Counted from the first letter of the stretch, positions 13,251 through 28,029 are shown. The stretch is 64,000 bases of DNA from Eledone cirrhosa (GCA_964016885.1 OZ024742.1:235414001-235478000); one strand, 5' to 3'. The notes: a model not told the origin generated them from the letters alone. A program made the numbers and translations.

Positions 13251-13880
13251 TTGAGGTGTAATGTATTTTTGTTTTCTTGGATTAGGTGGAATATATAATA
13301 ATTTTAAGGCGTCCTAGTGATATTCTGCCCAAGTAACAGGGGGTCTTCTCTGAGAGCCTTTATTCCATGATCCATTCACAGAATCATTATAATCCATTTC
13401 CACCTCAACTCTGTATCAAAGTGTCTTTTGTCTAAATATGTTCTAACTCTTTATGGCTATTCTAACTTTCAACACACATGTAATCAAATATCTTATCTAC
13501 AATAATCTTCACATTATCATTTTATTGTCCCTTATACCATATATTATCTTTTGTTACAGGTTTGCAGATGACTTTGATATAAATATATTTCACAGAAGAT
13601 TATCAACATACCAACATTTGAGCACTAAAAATATCTTCATCAAGTTGATGTTAGCCATTTTCTACAACTCACGGTTGAATGTGTGTGAAAGCAATAGTTC
13701 CTTCAGAAATGTTCACTTGATTTTCTGTACCCATTAAACGTGGAAGATTTATCCTTACTGATAGTAACTAGTTTAATGATTCTTTACTTTCTGGTTAATA
13801 ATTAAATTCTATATGAATAAATCCATTTGAAGTTCTTTAACAAACATCACCCTTCAGGGAAATATAGATTATAAGAAGTT

Positions 13881-14879
13881 ATGGATGTAAAGGCAGAGCC
13901 TGAAGATATTGATTCATCTAACGAGGCACAGGAAAATACAGCAGTTAATTTATACACGTGTGAATTATGTGGGAAGATATTTACCTCAAATAATTTGTTA
14001 TCGTCTCATAAATCTATTCACACAGGAAAATCATTACACCAATGTGATATCTGTGGTAAAACATATTCAGAAAGTAGCACTTTTGTTTCCCACAAATGTA
14101 ATCACTCTAGGGATAGACCATACCGATGTGATATCTGTGGTAAAACATTCACACAAAGTAGTAATTTCTCTCGACACAAACATATTCACACTGGAGAAAA
14201 ACCATACCATTGTGATATCTGCGGTAAAAGTTTTGCTCAAAAGGATGGTTTCTCTCGACATATACGTGTTCACACAGGGGAGAAACCATACCATTGTGAT
14301 GACTGTGGTAAAGCATTCTCAGAGAATGGTCACCTAGTTGCCCACAAACGTACTCATACAAGAGAACGACCATACAAATGTGATGTCTGTGGTAGAGCAT
14401 TCTCTGTGACAAGTAATTTAGTAACTCACAAACGTACTCATACAGGAGAAAAACCATATCATTGTGATGTCTGTGGCAAAGATTTTTCAATTTCCAGTTC
14501 TTTAGCTTCCCATAAACGTATTCACACAGGAAAAAGACCATACTACTGTGATATCTGTGGTAAAACATATTCAGGAACTTTTGAATTGTCTCGCCACAAA
14601 CGTATTCACACAGAGGAAAAGCCATTCGATTGTGATATTTGTGGTAAAACATGTTCTGGAAGTGCAAATTTGTCTCGCCATGTACGTATTCACACTGGAT
14701 TAAGACCATATAAATGTGACATCTGTGGTAAAACATTTTCACAAAATAGCCATTTTTCACGCCACAAACGTATTCACACAGGAGAAAAACCATTTCAATG
14801 TGATATCTGTGATGAAACATTTTCTAGAAGCGATAATTTAACTAAACACAAACGAAGCCACACAGAAGAGAAGTCGTAA
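13881..14879 (+). CDS. Poly-C2H2 zinc finger protein, 332 aa, 11 fingers
   Basis: 11 intact C2H2 fingers with canonical linkers; in-frame TAA at 13872. Confidence 0.95.
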   Translation: MDVKAEPEDIDSSNEAQENTAVNLYTCELCGKIFTSNNLLSSHKSIHTGKSLHQCDICGKTYSESSTFVSHKCNHSRDRPYRCDICGKTFTQSSNFSRHKHIHTGEKPYHCDICGKSFAQKDGFSRHIRVHTGEKPYHCDDCGKAFSENGHLVAHKRTHTRERPYKCDVCGRAFSVTSNLVTHKRTHTGEKPYHCDVCGKDFSISSSLASHKRIHTGKRPYYCDICGKTYSGTFELSRHKRIHTEEKPFDCDICGKTCSGSANLSRHVRIHTGLRPYKCDICGKTFSQNSHFSRHKRIHTGEKPFQCDICDETFSRSDNLTKHKRSHTEEKS

Positions 14880-15789
14880 ATAAATGATATCTATAGCCAA
14901 ATATTTCTACAATCGACAATAAATTTTATAATAAATCTATTCGTTTATATGGACTTTACTGCATCACTGCCCTCATCATCATCAATATTTTAATATCCAT
15001 TATTTAATACTGACTATTGGTCTGAGATTCCATTGTGTCATTTACATGCACTGAGTACTTGGTCAGGACACATTTCATGCATACAATGATGTTTACTCCT
15101 ATATATCTAGTTATGTTATAAATGTGAGGTCTCTATTAGTGATAATCAGAATGAAGCTTAGTGGTTGTTGCAACTTTATGTTTTAGCTGTGTTTATCATG
15201 ATTGGATATGATTAGATACAAAACTGTTTCCTAAATATATATAGTGAATGTATTTTTGTGTAGTTGAATGTGACTAGGTTATTTTGTCCCCATTGAAGAA
15301 TGTTCTATGTCATTGTTTTTGGAAATAGGTGAGCAATCTCTACCTCATACCCATACAACAAGTATGTCATCAGTTGACTGACTAGCAATCTGAATTTTAA
15401 TCTCTCTTGTGCCATGTTCAAAACCTCCATATTTACCAGTATATCATTCTGGTGTTACTTGATATGACCATTGAAATTAACTACCATAATGATGATATCA
15501 GCAACATCAATTGTTAGAGTAGGTTCAACAATGTCACCATTGAACCTTTTGCTTGTCTATTAATCCTACTTGTGGGATTTAGAGATCAAAGATAATCATC
15601 ATCATTGTTTTAACATTCACTTTTTTTAGTTTGTGAAAGTTGGACAAGACCTTTTAATGCAGCTTTTCCACAGCTGGGTAAGATCTTGTGGAAAACTTGT
15701 AGTTAGCCATGCATGCCAGTCTCTCCTTTCAATGCACCCAATGTACAAAGGAGACATATAAGTTGATATAACATGGCACAGTGTTGTTG

Positions 15790-15935
15790 CAATTCATTTT
15801 TACCAGACTGGAATAATGTGAAATAAAGTGTCTTGCTCAAAGACACAATATGCCACTCGATCTAGGAATCTAAATCACATCCATATACAACTGTGAACCC
15901 AAAATTCTAACCACTAGGCCATGTGCCCTCACGCT
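15790..15935 (-). mobile_element. tRNA-derived CORE-type SINE (related copies at about 25905-26025, 37228-37342, 45930-46038, 46660-46812)
   Basis: Reverse strand has an A-box-like TGGCCTAGTGG, a B-box remnant and TTGAGCAAGACACTT (CORE-like). Confidence 0.65.
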
Positions 15936-17329
15936 AGTTGACATGTGTCTGCTAGAACATTTCAATAATAAACCTACAATATTTATGAAATTGTCATTAA
16001 GTATGAGAACATAAATAGAATTATAGAAAAATAATCTCATTAAAATAAAGCATTTAAATATTAATTTGTGTTTTCTGAAGTGTCTGCTTTCATTTGTTCT
16101 GAACATTCTGTATCCTATAGACGTTATAGTTATCAGTGAGGTTTTTTCAGTAAAATAGTACATTTGAATGATGAGAATAGAACCAGTGATGAATGTGAAT
16201 AGCAATGGAATGAAATGTTTGGGTCATGTGCTGAGGAAGGAAGGAAGTGGCTGGGTAAGAGGAGTGATGGAAATGAATTTGAAAGGCCAAAATACATGGC
16301 CAAAAGTGAGGAAGGAAGAAATGTAAGCCAGGGGGCTGGTGATGAAGTGATGCAGATGATAGGACAAAATAGAAAATCTTGTCTTGGGACACACACGTTG
16401 GCCTCTGCTTTAATGAGGAAGATGGCCTTAAAACACTTGTATTTGTACTGTTGATGGAGGAGATATTTTGGTAGTTGGGTTCCTTCTAAATTTTATTAAA
16501 GAAAATTGTATTCTTACAGGTTATTATAAATGACTCTAATTTCATGTTTAATGTACCAATACAACAAATTAACAGTATCATTAATTAGAGTACTAGAGAG
16601 AGAGATATGTGGTAATAGAAGATGAGCAAGCTACTGAGAAATTGAAATTTTGGAAGATTTAAGAATTATTACAGACTATCCAAGGAAAAAAAAAAACGTT
16701 AAATGAATTATGCTTTATAAAAAATGTATTCGCAAAAATACTACAAAAGTAAATGAAGATGGTTTATAAGTGAACACCATTTGATACCAGCTTAAGTTTT
16801 GCGAGATTCACAATACACTAATTAGTACTTTGTTTGTCTTCACTCCACATAAAAGGTAGTTCGTTTTATTCAATACATAAGTTAATGGTGATTAACATTT
16901 GGGAGGAAAAAAACCACAACACGAACATTACCATAAATGACAACGGTGAAAGGGGATTTCTTTATCAACAAACAAATCGTGTGCATTAAATTATATAATG
17001 TTTTCGAGTTACAAAAGAAACAAATTAATAAAAAGAAAAGTCAGAAAGAAGAGGAATAACGTGCATACTCAAACCCCAAAACACGGGTGACAGCAACGCT
17101 AAGTGCTGGAATAATCATCATTACTGGATATTGTAGTAAGGTGAGTCGCCAACGATGACGCAATCATACAGATTAGTTTTAAAAAATTTATGAGTCATTC
17201 AAACTGATATAAATCCTTATCTTTGTTAAAAAATGAAAAGAAACAAGTTTACATTAGATACACTGTGTCTGGAACACTACTGAGGTAGGGATGATGAGAT
17301 TTTCTTTTTAATATGGATTTCATTTATTG

Positions 17330-17890
17330 TATATATGTCGACTATATTTTACAAACAGAAGTTATACAATGATGGAAATATGAAAAAAAAAAAAAGATAA
17401 AAACGAAATTACTAAAAAAAAAAAAAGCTGGGATGAGGGCAGATCTGGCTGTAGAGGAAAGGAAAATGCCAAAAGTGAGAAGGGAAGGGGAGAGGGTGAC
17501 AGGCTTTATGCCTAGGGCGAGCCAGTGTTTCGGCTGTGCTCCGCGGGCAAAACTGTAAAGGCGTTACTGCGTACAATGGCCAGTGACACCCGTTGCAACA
17601 GCCACCACACCACGCGTGGTCTTTCCCCAGACAAGCTTCTGACGTTCCGATTTTATGGAGGAGCTCGGCTGTACCGAGTCCAAGGACGTCTGAGGTCTCG
17701 ACGGTGACCGGACAAGCCCCAGTATTTGTTAGTCCTCTACATTGCAGACCGCAGTACTGGGGTTTGGAGGCAGAGAAAGTGTCACAGATGAAAGAATTAC
17801 CTCCTTCGAATAGGAAGAGGGTAATAGCGTCGGGGCGTTTGCCGTCTCTGCGATCGTGACCTGCTGGCTCTAGTTGTGATAGGAAGCCAG
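17330..17890 (-). mobile_element. CRE-clade retrotransposon 3' fragment (RLE domain)
   Basis: LEPAGHDRRDGKRPDAITL, PVTVETS and WLLQRVSLAIVRSNA motifs, then a pyrimidine/T-rich 3' UTR. Confidence 0.8.
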
Positions 17891-17894
17891 CTGC

Positions 17895-18140
17895 ATAAAT
17901 AATAACAAGGAAGGAAATGAAAATAAAGGAAAAAGGCGAGAGAAGATATGCACATTCAATCACGCATCACAGGAGCGTTTGAGTTTCCCTCTGTTTGAGG
18001 CAAACCAAGACATGGTATTGCCGCAGGTGATAGAGGCTAAGACGCTGGAATAGCCAGGTACACTAGCGAGCGTCACCTGATACATCGGTAAGACGAGACC
18101 AACTGGCAAGAACCTCGTTTGTCTGCGACCCAGCTGTCTA
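17895..18140 (-). mobile_element. Second short CRE-clade 3' fragment
   Basis: Reverse strand GGCTATTCCAGCGTCTTAGCCTCTATCACCTGCGGCAATACC...TGGTTTGCCTCAAA matches the 3' end of the 10640-13250 element. Confidence 0.7.
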
Positions 18141-18149
18141 ATTACTTTC

Positions 18150-19010
18150 TGTAAATTGTTTAATTTTTTCATAATATAAGGAAGGGCACATCAGATAATG
18201 TAATCTAACTATTACTACGACGAGAACATTCTGTGGAGATAAGGAAACGAAAAAGGTAGAGAAGAAAAAAAGCAACGAAAGAAAGGGAAAATGAGAACGG
18301 AGTGACAGATTGTACACTAGTCTGAGTGGTAGGTTTCAGCAGCATCCCGCGGACGAAATGGTGAAAGCAATTCCACGGAGAATGGCCGGAGACACTCGCT
18401 GCATCAGCCACTCTACTTCAGGAGTGTTGCTGTCTTCCCGATTTTGCGGAGGAAAAACAGCAGTGCGGGGATCGAGTACGTCTGCGATCTCGACGGCGCG
18501 AAAATGAAGCGGTCGGTCATGCCTCGGTATTTAGTTATCTTCCTCTGCATTGCGGCTGAAACGACAACGAATCGCAGCACGTGGCATCCCAGATTAGGGA
18601 TTTACCCGCCTCGAATGGGAAGAGAGTTATTTTGTCTGGGCGCTTACCATCACTACAGTCGAGGCCAGTTGTGACGGGAAGCCGACCGTGTTGAGGTTCC
18701 TTCTAATTATGTCGTTCAGAGCAACGTGTCGAAGGAACCGATCTGTGCTATGACGGCAGGATATAAGGTGTAGACCGAACTCGTCAACAACGGAATTTGT
18801 GCGGCCCACATAGGCGGCGACACTCCGATGCGAGTGCACTTATCAAGAGGGGTACCGAATCGAACCATTCGCCGCTGTTTGGCTGCGAAACGATGTTAGT
18901 TTAAGGAAGCCTCGGTCCGTTTGAAAGTTGACCTGCACTTGATGACGTTCAAGTTGTGTTGGACATCTGCATATTCGAGAGACAGCTAGGCCCTCGTCAA
19001 TTCAATCGAC
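18150..19010 (-). mobile_element. Third CRE-clade 3' fragment (zinc knuckle + RLE)
   Basis: [10 protein letters not shown]...[31 protein letters not shown] and WLMQRVSPAILRGIA. Confidence 0.8.
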
Positions 19011-19067
19011 CAGAGATGAATCTAGTTCTTGGTCCATCTCTGCTTCTGCTAGATAATAACAAACCAT

Positions 19068-19382
19068 ATAAGCACTCTCTACTGATTAGAGGTCAGTTCT
19101 AACCTTACCATCAATAACACTTCCGTTATGTCATTCTAACTCATTAACGAATTCCATAAACATTGTAGGTATATTATTATTTAATTACACTGTCTCAGTA
19201 ATAACTAATTAACTACTGTAGTTAGATTAAGATATTGTTCATTAACCAGAATAAAATAATTATATTCTGTTAGAAGTAGTAGAAAGTTCTGTTTAATCTA
19301 TCAATGTTCCCGTTAATTTTACGTCTTACTATTTCACTACATCTCATTATTTCATCTTAAAACTATATTATTATGTAAGTAC
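19068..19382 (+). promoter_or_regulatory. Putative 5' non-coding exons/promoter of ZNF gene 3
   Basis: CTCTACTGATTAGAG|GTCAGT (19092), ACTTCCGTTATG and AT|GTAAGT (19375); acceptor TTGCAG at 22052. Confidence 0.65.
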
Positions 19383-19979
19383 CATTAATTTATTTTATAG
19401 AAAACCTCTCTTTTGTATTTACATTTCTACTTCATCTTCACCCATTTTCACTTTCTGCTAAATTGTGTTTCTTTTTATTCTCTCCAAATTCAATATTTCT
19501 TTAATTCATATAAACATTCTAATTTCTTTCCTAATTTGGTAAAATTTGATAAAATCGTAGTAAATAAAAATGAAACCAACATCAATGGAAAATGACAGAA
19601 AAATAACTTGGCTCTTTTGAATTACCGAGAAAATAAATCTTGTGTATATTAACTGGCAAAATGCTAGCTTCTGTCGCCAAAAAAGGGGAATATAAAAGTC
19701 CGATTAAACTGAAGTTAAGCAAATAACGTTGAATTCGATGCAAGAGATGGATGTTCTTTCTAACACCAATCACGTTTACAGTGTGGAACTGGGTGGTCCC
19801 ATTATGAGGAGTGTCTGGCCAGTTGGCCGTACCGTATCTCTCTCATAGCGGAACTGTATTTGGAAGCTTGGTGGTTCTGCTATGGGGAAGGTCTGGTGTG
19901 TTTGGGCTGGGTTTTTAACGACTGCTGGATGGTCTTCCTGAACCTCAACTATGTTTACACCACCATGTTTACAGTATAT

Positions 19980-21240
19980 ATCGTCATCATCATCGTTTAA
20001 CGTTCATTTTCCACACTAGCATGGGTTAGACGGGTTGTCCCATATGAGGCAAGTTGGTCTCTTACTTATATAGAACTGTTTCTATGGCTGGATCCCCTTC
20101 CTAACGCCAACCACATATACAGTGTGGACTGGGAGCTTTTTGACAACTACACGACCACTTTACAGTGTGGGCTGGGTGCTTCTTGTGACACCTGTACGAC
20201 TAGCTTACAATGTGGACTGGGTGCTTTTCGTCGTGACTCCTACACGACCATTTTACAGTGTGGGCTGGATATGTTTTGTTCACAGTGTAAGGGTGGTGGG
20301 GATATAGTGGTTAAGAGGTGCCTACTAAATGTATGTTTGAGTCTGTGCACATGGGAAAGTGTGTCTTCTGTATTACTGCGTTATGCTAAATATCTTGATC
20401 CTGTGTCTTTGTCTTTGAGAGGTTCAGCTGCGCAAGGTCAGCTTTTATCATCTCGTCTCAGGTCTTCCTGCTCCATAGCTTCCATAGATTTTGATCGCCC
20501 TGCACCTTTTTATACAGCTGTCACCCTTCATACGCATCATATAACCATACCAATGCAATCTCTTCTCTAGAATACTGCATCTGACTCTTCTTATACCTAA
20601 TTTCTTTCTTAGTTCATTTACGCTTGGCTGTTCATTTCTTTCCAGTCTTCGCAGGTCCTTTGCACACAGTGCCCAGGTTTCACTATCCTGCAACATTACT
20701 GTTTGTATACATGCATCATACAATCTGCCCTTCATTTTAAGGAAAACACCTTTTATAGCAGTTGTAGCTCTGAACTTTCTCCATCCCATTCTTACTCTGG
20801 CTACTGTACTTTTGGAACACCCTCCTCCACTGCTGATTTCATCACCCAGGTAACAGAAACTCTTGACTATTTCTACAGAGCCGTCTGGGCATTTGAAGGA
20901 GCAAATATCCTGTGGGCATTTGTTACTTACTGCACCTGACCATCGGCTGTATATAAAACCTACGTTCTTTGATAGCCTGCCTGTGATCCCACTGCATCTT
21001 TTATGTACCCATAGCTGAGCAAGGTCATTTCTCAGAGGGGATCTGGACCCTATTTTCCTTTTTACATACTAGAACTTTAGTCTTTGACAAGTTAACTTTA
21101 AGACCTTTTGATTCTGAGTTTAAGACTGGCTACCCTTGGGAACTTCTGTATGCAGACAACCTAACTCTCGGCTGAATCTATGGCAGAATTAGAGAAAAAA
21201 TTCCAAACCTGGAAGTATGGCCTAGAATCAAAAGGTCTTA
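19980..21240 (-). mobile_element. RTE LINE 3' portion with tail
   Basis: KGRLYDACIQTVML.DSETWAL...RLHWYG (ORF 20448-20789); (CAT)n tail at 19981-19995; ~46 bp subrepeats at 20110-20290. Confidence 0.85.
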
Positions 21241-22440
21241 AAGATATATATATATATATATGTATATATGTGTGTGTATATGTATATAATGTGGAAAGTG
21301 GTATCTGTAAGAAGGCTAACACAATACAAAATGGACAGTAAGCTGAAGGTATATTACATGTGTAGCTTTTGGTAGTTGTAGGTAAAGTTAAAGTACAAAG
21401 AGCATTTAAAAGCAATTTTCTCTGCTAAAGCTTGGGTTAGATTTGTTGAACCTATGACAAGCTTCTTCACTTTACCCTATAGTCTTCATCTTCCTGCTGG
21501 CTTTCATTTCTTTCACCATCATTTTTAGGCATGTCTTTCTTGGTTTTCTACTTCCTTCTACATTCATTTCCATCACTCCTCTCACCTAGTCACTTTCATC
21601 TTTCTTCAATACACATGTGTGAATTTGCCTCTGTCTTTGCTTCACATTTGACACTGTTAGCATGATCGGTGATGTTAGTTTATGTTCTGTGGTTCAGTAG
21701 ATTAATGAACCGTACTATAAAACAAGTAAGGATTGGTGCCATGAAGAGCATTCAGCTATAAATTAATGCCTTATAAAGTTTCATCCAATCCATGCCAACA
21801 CGAAAAAGCAAACATAAAGACAATGGTGATCATCATCATGATATAAGATGTAGTGACCAGTGGTCTTTGAAGGGCTTTTTTCTAAGATTCACGTTAGCAG
21901 TTCTCATTATGCATTTCCACTATAACTCTATATATGAGTAGCTGTTCACTCTAAATGCATTATTTCTTCCTGGCTATTCTATTTTTCATTACATATTAGT
22001 CAAATATCTTTTCACCAATAATCTTCATCTCTTATGTTGTTTTTTATTGCAGGTTATCAGACGAAAATGAGATAAAAATATGTCACTGAAGATTATCAAC
22101 ATATGAATGCTTGAGGGCCAAAATGATGTTAACCACTTTCTACAAACTTTGTTTGAGTAGATGTGCAAAATTTCTTTGGAATTGAGAAGAGTTGCACAAA
22201 TTCCTAGATAAATGTTTACAAGACTTCAAAGATTTCCCATGAAGTGTTAACTGTCTTATGTGCAAGGACATTAATTTCTGGAATTATTTTGTTAATTGGA
22301 GCTTATTATCACTTGCTGATTGTTGATATAAGATTCTGTCCTAATGAATCCATTTGAAAGTCTTTCTTAAGAGCCAAAATATGATCAGACTTTAACAAAG
22401 GTCATTTAAACAGCAGAAACATAAATTATAAAAGAAAGCT

Positions 22441-23763
22441 ATGGAGGAGAAAGCAGAACCTGAAACTAATCTGACACAGGAAAATACAGATGTTAGATCC
22501 CACTCTTGTGATATATGTGGGAAGTTATTCACTACAAGAAATTTGTTATCTTGTCATAAATGTATTCACACAGGAAAAAAACTACATCAATGTGATGTCT
22601 GTGGTAAAACATTCTCTCAAAGTAGTCATTTCTCTCGACACAAACGTATTCACACAGGAGAAAAACCATATCAATGTGATATCTGTGGTAAAAGTTTCTC
22701 TCAAAAGTATAATTTCTCTCAACATAAACGTGTTCACACAGGGGAGAAACCATACCGTTGTGATGATTGTGGTAAAGCATTCTCTGAAAATGGTGGCTTA
22801 GTTGCCCACAAACGAATTCACACAGGAGAAAAACCATACAAATGTGATATCTGTGACAGAGCATTTTCTGTACCTGGTAATTTAGTTACTCACAAACGTG
22901 TTCACACAGGAGAAAAACCATACGAATGTGATGTCTGTGGTAAATCATACTCTGGAAGTTCCAATTTGACTACCCACAAACGTACTCACACAGAAGAGAA
23001 TCCATACCACTGTGATATTTGTGATAAAAAATTTTCAGGGAGTGCTGCTTTGTCTCGCCACATACGTCTTCACACAGGAGAAAAACCATACCATTGTGAT
23101 ATCTGTGATAAATCATTCTCTCAAATTGCTCATTTCACTCGACACATACGTATTCACTCAGGAGAAAGACCATACCACTGTGATATATGTGGTAAGACAT
23201 TTCCTGAAAGTGGTCATCTCTCTCGACACAAACGTATTCACTCCGGGGAGAAACCATACCAATGTAATGTCTGTGGTAAAGCATTCTCTGAGAAGGGTCA
23301 TCTAGTTGATCACAAACGTACTCACACAGGAGAAAGACCATACAAATGTGATATCTGTGGTAAAGCATTCGCCCTTTCTAGCACTTTAGTTTCCCACAAA
23401 CGTATTCACACTGGAAAAAGACCATACTACTGTGATATGTGTGGTAAAACATATTCCCAAAGTGCTGATTTGTCTCTCCACCAGCGTATTCACACAGAAG
23501 AAAGACCGTATGACTGTGATATTTGCGGTAAAACATGTTCTGGAAGTGCTAATTTGTCACGGCACATACGTATTCATACAGGCTTAAAACCATACCACTG
23601 TGATATCTGTGGCAAAACATTTTCTCAAAGTGGTCATTTCTCTCGACACAAACGTATTCATACAGGAGAGAGACCATATCAATGTGATATCTGTAGTGAA
23701 ACATTTTATCGGAGTGATAATTTAACTCAACACAAACGTATCCATACAGGGGAGAAATCATAG
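22441..23763 (+). CDS. Poly-C2H2 zinc finger protein, 440 aa, 15 fingers
   Basis: 15 intact C2H2 fingers; in-frame TAA at 22429. Confidence 0.95.
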   Translation: MEEKAEPETNLTQENTDVRSHSCDICGKLFTTRNLLSCHKCIHTGKKLHQCDVCGKTFSQSSHFSRHKRIHTGEKPYQCDICGKSFSQKYNFSQHKRVHTGEKPYRCDDCGKAFSENGGLVAHKRIHTGEKPYKCDICDRAFSVPGNLVTHKRVHTGEKPYECDVCGKSYSGSSNLTTHKRTHTEENPYHCDICDKKFSGSAALSRHIRLHTGEKPYHCDICDKSFSQIAHFTRHIRIHSGERPYHCDICGKTFPESGHLSRHKRIHSGEKPYQCNVCGKAFSEKGHLVDHKRTHTGERPYKCDICGKAFALSSTLVSHKRIHTGKRPYYCDMCGKTYSQSADLSLHQRIHTEERPYDCDICGKTCSGSANLSRHIRIHTGLKPYHCDICGKTFSQSGHFSRHKRIHTGERPYQCDICSETFYRSDNLTQHKRIHTGEKS

Positions 23764-26101
23764 CTTGTTAGATATTTTCTACAAATATCAATATATCTTA
23801 TAGTAAATAAACTTATTTGTATGGAGTTTACTGTCATTATCATAATCAATTGTTTTAATATTTATTATTCTATCTCAGATCCCATTCTGTCATTTATATG
23901 TACTAAGGACAGCAGGCCACTTCCTTGATGGCACTAAGATTTTGTATTCTGAAAAATATACACCAAATTGATAAACGTTAAGTACACTGGTTTGTTTTTA
24001 ATCAAACCTCTTGCCATTGTCTCACGAGAAATATGCTCCCTGTGGTTCTACATCTTCATGAAAAACACAAATTATATATTATATAATCTAACACTATCCT
24101 GAACTAAGCTGTAGAATATATCAGCTATTTTCTAGACTTGATCCATCATGCTGAGTTCACTGTAATTGTCCATTTCCAGTGCATTTTCTTTGTTGCAGTT
24201 GATATGATTATGTTAGTTATTTCGGTTAACACCAGATTAATTAAAAAACATATTTAATACAGTAACTATGTATATTGACACTTTCAACATAACAGCTATC
24301 CTTGATAGACCTCTTGCTTTCTTTTCCATTATCTCTTTATTAGACTTATTTACCACACTGAAGCTAACCTTGATAGCTGGACTATTTGTTTATTCCACAT
24401 GGAGTAATTCGTCATTATCCCATTCATACTTAGCCTGAATTTTTGCAACAGTGGACTCCATTAAAGACATCCAAGGACTTGATGGTGGTGTTAAATCAGA
24501 TGACAGATTAAGTCTACCATCCAAAAAACATGTTGGCTTCCTCAGAAACCATAAATTTATAATCAATAAACCAATGACGTTTTAGTGAACATATAAATAT
24601 ATTTCATTAATGTCCATTGAAAGTACATATACAGCTTGAGTTAATATTATAGAGAAACTCATTTCCCATATGTAATGTAACTAAAATTTATGTTGACAAA
24701 AACAGAAACTAAATTAATAGTCAATACAACAATGTACATATTTTTCAAATTGATCTTCACCAGTAACTGTTTACTTTAAAGCTCTTAGTTATTTTATAAT
24801 TTGTTGATAAAAACTAAATATAGTGTTTATGACAGTTGAACAATATTAATTGATAATGTATGATAATTATTAGGTTATGGGAACATACATTGAAGAACCA
24901 TTGGTGTTAACCTTTGATATACCTGCTTCTTTTAGAACATCTTTTTTAACTCTTTTGTTACCACAGTCCTAATGAAATGCACCATTTGGAAGGATTTACT
25001 AAAATTATTAATTATTTCATTGTTAAGATAGTATTTGATTATGGTGGAAAGATTTTAGAGATATGCAGCTTTGTATTGTAAAACCAGGGATGGTTTCAGG
25101 CTGTTTCATATTAAAAGAATTAAACTCTACTTTTGACACCATCCTTGCATTTGTATTATCATTTAAAAAACCTATCAGATTTCTAAATAGGATACCATCT
25201 CTTTCATTTACTACAGAATTGTAAATGCCTTAGGCAGTACAATTTCAAAAAGAGTTAAAAACTTGTCAACCAATTTTTTAAATATAACTGTTGTTAATGA
25301 TAGCTTTTAGAACTTTTTTGTAAGTATTCTTTTACTTGCTTCAGTCCTTTGACTGCAGCCATACTAGGGCACAGCTTTGAAGAGATTTGGTGAATCATAT
25401 TGACCCCAATACTTATTTTCAAGTCTGATACTTATTTTATCCATCTCTTTTTGGTGGATTGCTAAATTATGGGACACAAATATGGGCATTGTGACCACTG
25501 AGGATGATGTCAGGTCAACTGAGCTCCTGAAAAAACTGCTGATTGACGACCTCAAGGATGTGTTTCACATGAGGTGCATGCTCTGGTACTGCCATGTCGA
25601 GCGCAATGAGGGCTGGATCAGCTAAGTGTTGAATATCAATCCAGGAGGCAGTAGAGACCCAGGAAGACCAAAAAGGACTCGGATGGATGTTTGTTGGGAT
25701 CAAGCTAGGCTTGGCTTGGCCTGGCCCAAGTGAGACCAGCTGCCAGAAAAACATGGAGTGCTGTCAGGCAGGACCCAACCCTACTTAAGGATTAATTTGC
25801 GTCCTACATAATCAAAAACTGGATGATGATGATTTAATGTTCATTTTATCTGCAAGCAAAAGTTGGACAGACCAAGTCAGTACTTAATTAGGGCTTTCTA
25901 AACAGTTTCTGTCTACTGAATTTCACTCACAGGGGTCAGTAAATGACACTAGCCCAAGATGTCACACAGTGGGATTGAAGCTGGAACTTATGATTGTGAA
26001 GCAAACTTCTTAACCATTCAGCTATAGTGCATCCACTAAGGAGTTGAAGGCTACCAAAAATCTCTTTAGATGTGTGTGGGGGGGGGGGGGGGGTCTTGCT
26101 T

Positions 26102-26791
26102 TAATATTTCTCATTGAAAATTTTCTTAGCTATGGTGACCTACCCCAGATAGGTTACAACTGTATATGCCTTACAAAATGCTTTAATCCTTTTGTTAGCA
26201 TATTTCTATTACATGCATTGTATTTCAATTAATGAAAAATAATATTTCTCATTGAAAATTTTCTTAGCTATGGTGACCTACCCCAGATAGGTTACAACTG
26301 TATATGCCTTACAAAATGCTTTAATCCTTTTGTTAGCATATTTCTATTACATGCATTGTATTTCAATTAATGAAAAATAATATTTCTCATTGAAAATTTT
26401 CTTAGCTATGGTGACCTACCCCAGATAGGTTACAACTGTATATGCCTTACAAAATGCTTTAATCCTTTTGTTAGCATATTTCTATTACATGCATTGTATT
26501 TCAATTAATGAAAAATAATATTTCTCATTGAAAATTTTCTTAGCTATGGTGACCTACCCCAGATAGGTTACAACTGTATATGCCTTACAAAATGCTTTAA
26601 TCCTTTTGTTAGCATATTTCTATTACATGCATTGTATTTCAATTAATGAAAAATAATATTTCTCATTGAAAATTTTCTTAGCTATGGTGACCTACCCCAG
26701 ATAGGTTACAACTGTATATGCCTTACAAAATGCTTTAATCCTTTTGTTAGCATATTTCTATTACATGCATTGTATTTCAATTAATGAAAAA
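26102..26791. repeat. Five apparently identical 138 bp tandem repeats
   Basis: Unit starts TAATATTTCTCATTGAAAA at 26102, 26240, 26378, 26516 and 26654. Confidence 0.95.
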
Positions 26792-28029
26792 TTGGTGGGG
26801 CTGGGGGTTTCTAAGATTATTATTTCATTAAAATGGTATTTGTAATATAACAAAAAAGTTTGCTTATAAAATTAAGTTGCAAAATTTTAGTTTAAAAATA
26901 GGTGAGTTTAGTATCAAAATGGTTAAAAGTTTTTCGAACTTCAATTAAGACAACTAAGCCATTTTTGTGACAATTAGCATTTCTGTTAATGCAGGTGTTG
27001 GGTGCCACAATATTCCCTGGCTAGAACAGTTATTAGTACTGAAAAATAGATTTGTGGAAATTATTCATGTGACTATTATGGAAATAACGAAGAAGGGGAA
27101 ACAACTATGTGTAGATCTGAAAATATTTTAATGAGAATTTTCTCCTTTAATAACCCAAAGTAAACATTTCAAACTTTTTATACGATTTTTTAAGTAGGTG
27201 TAAAGTACATTGTTCCATTATTGAACAGTTATGTGATAGCCATCATGCTCCGTGTTATGTGAGCGTTTTTTAAAATCTATTTTCCCTAAATTCCCAGAAA
27301 TATTGAAATAGAGATGGAATTCTAATTCTGGACCTAAATATTATATGACTTGCATCTAATCTGGAAAATATTTTCCCTGAGTCGTGTGTAATTTTGTTCA
27401 ATATTATCTGTGGGTGTTATACTACAGCCTTAGAGGAACGGAATCATTTAAGTGGGCACTTCTGGATGGTTCTGCTGCTACAAGCTGACTGATGGTGTAG
27501 GGAGTGATCAAGTGTATGCCTTGCATTGTGAAATGTCACTGTCCAGGTAACTATAGCTAATCTTAACATTGTTCCTATTAATGAAATTGTTGTATTTATG
27601 TGTGACTGGGAAATACTCAACAGGGATAAAATACACCTGGCTATGTTCAAGCTATCGCGTGAGATGGACTTCTTTCTGGTAGTATCAATTGGAAAAAATA
27701 CTCGTACTTCTAATTTAAAGGGCCAGCCATGTCACGCTGAATCTCCATGAGAATTGTTTTATGGACAAACCTGTTTGTGGAATGCACAGTAATTTAACAA
27801 GCAGGCTATACCGTTGTTCAAACAACTGGAACACTTGTCATAGGGGGTCGAACATACACCCATTCTGTAAAGAGTTTTTGTTCTCACCAAATTCACTTCT
27901 TAATACTGCATCGATCTCATAGTATATTAAAAAAAACATCGATATATTTTGAAAAGAATAGAATTATAGTTTATAAATGGTTTGAAAACTGATAGTGAAA
28001 TTGTTGGTTAGCGACTATTTTGTTCCTTC

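Noticed and set aside
13453-13737. Paralogous ORFs MAILTFNTHVIKY / MAILIFNTYVIKY (32342-32533)
   Set aside because: Their 5' halves lie in the predicted intron and polypyrimidine tract, and the second starts at TTG; the similarity reflects segmental duplication
14149-14820. 223 aa antisense ORF and similar alternative-frame ORFs over the ZNF genes (MFYHRYH.., MISVVKH..)
   Set aside because: Shadow frames of the 84 bp finger repeat
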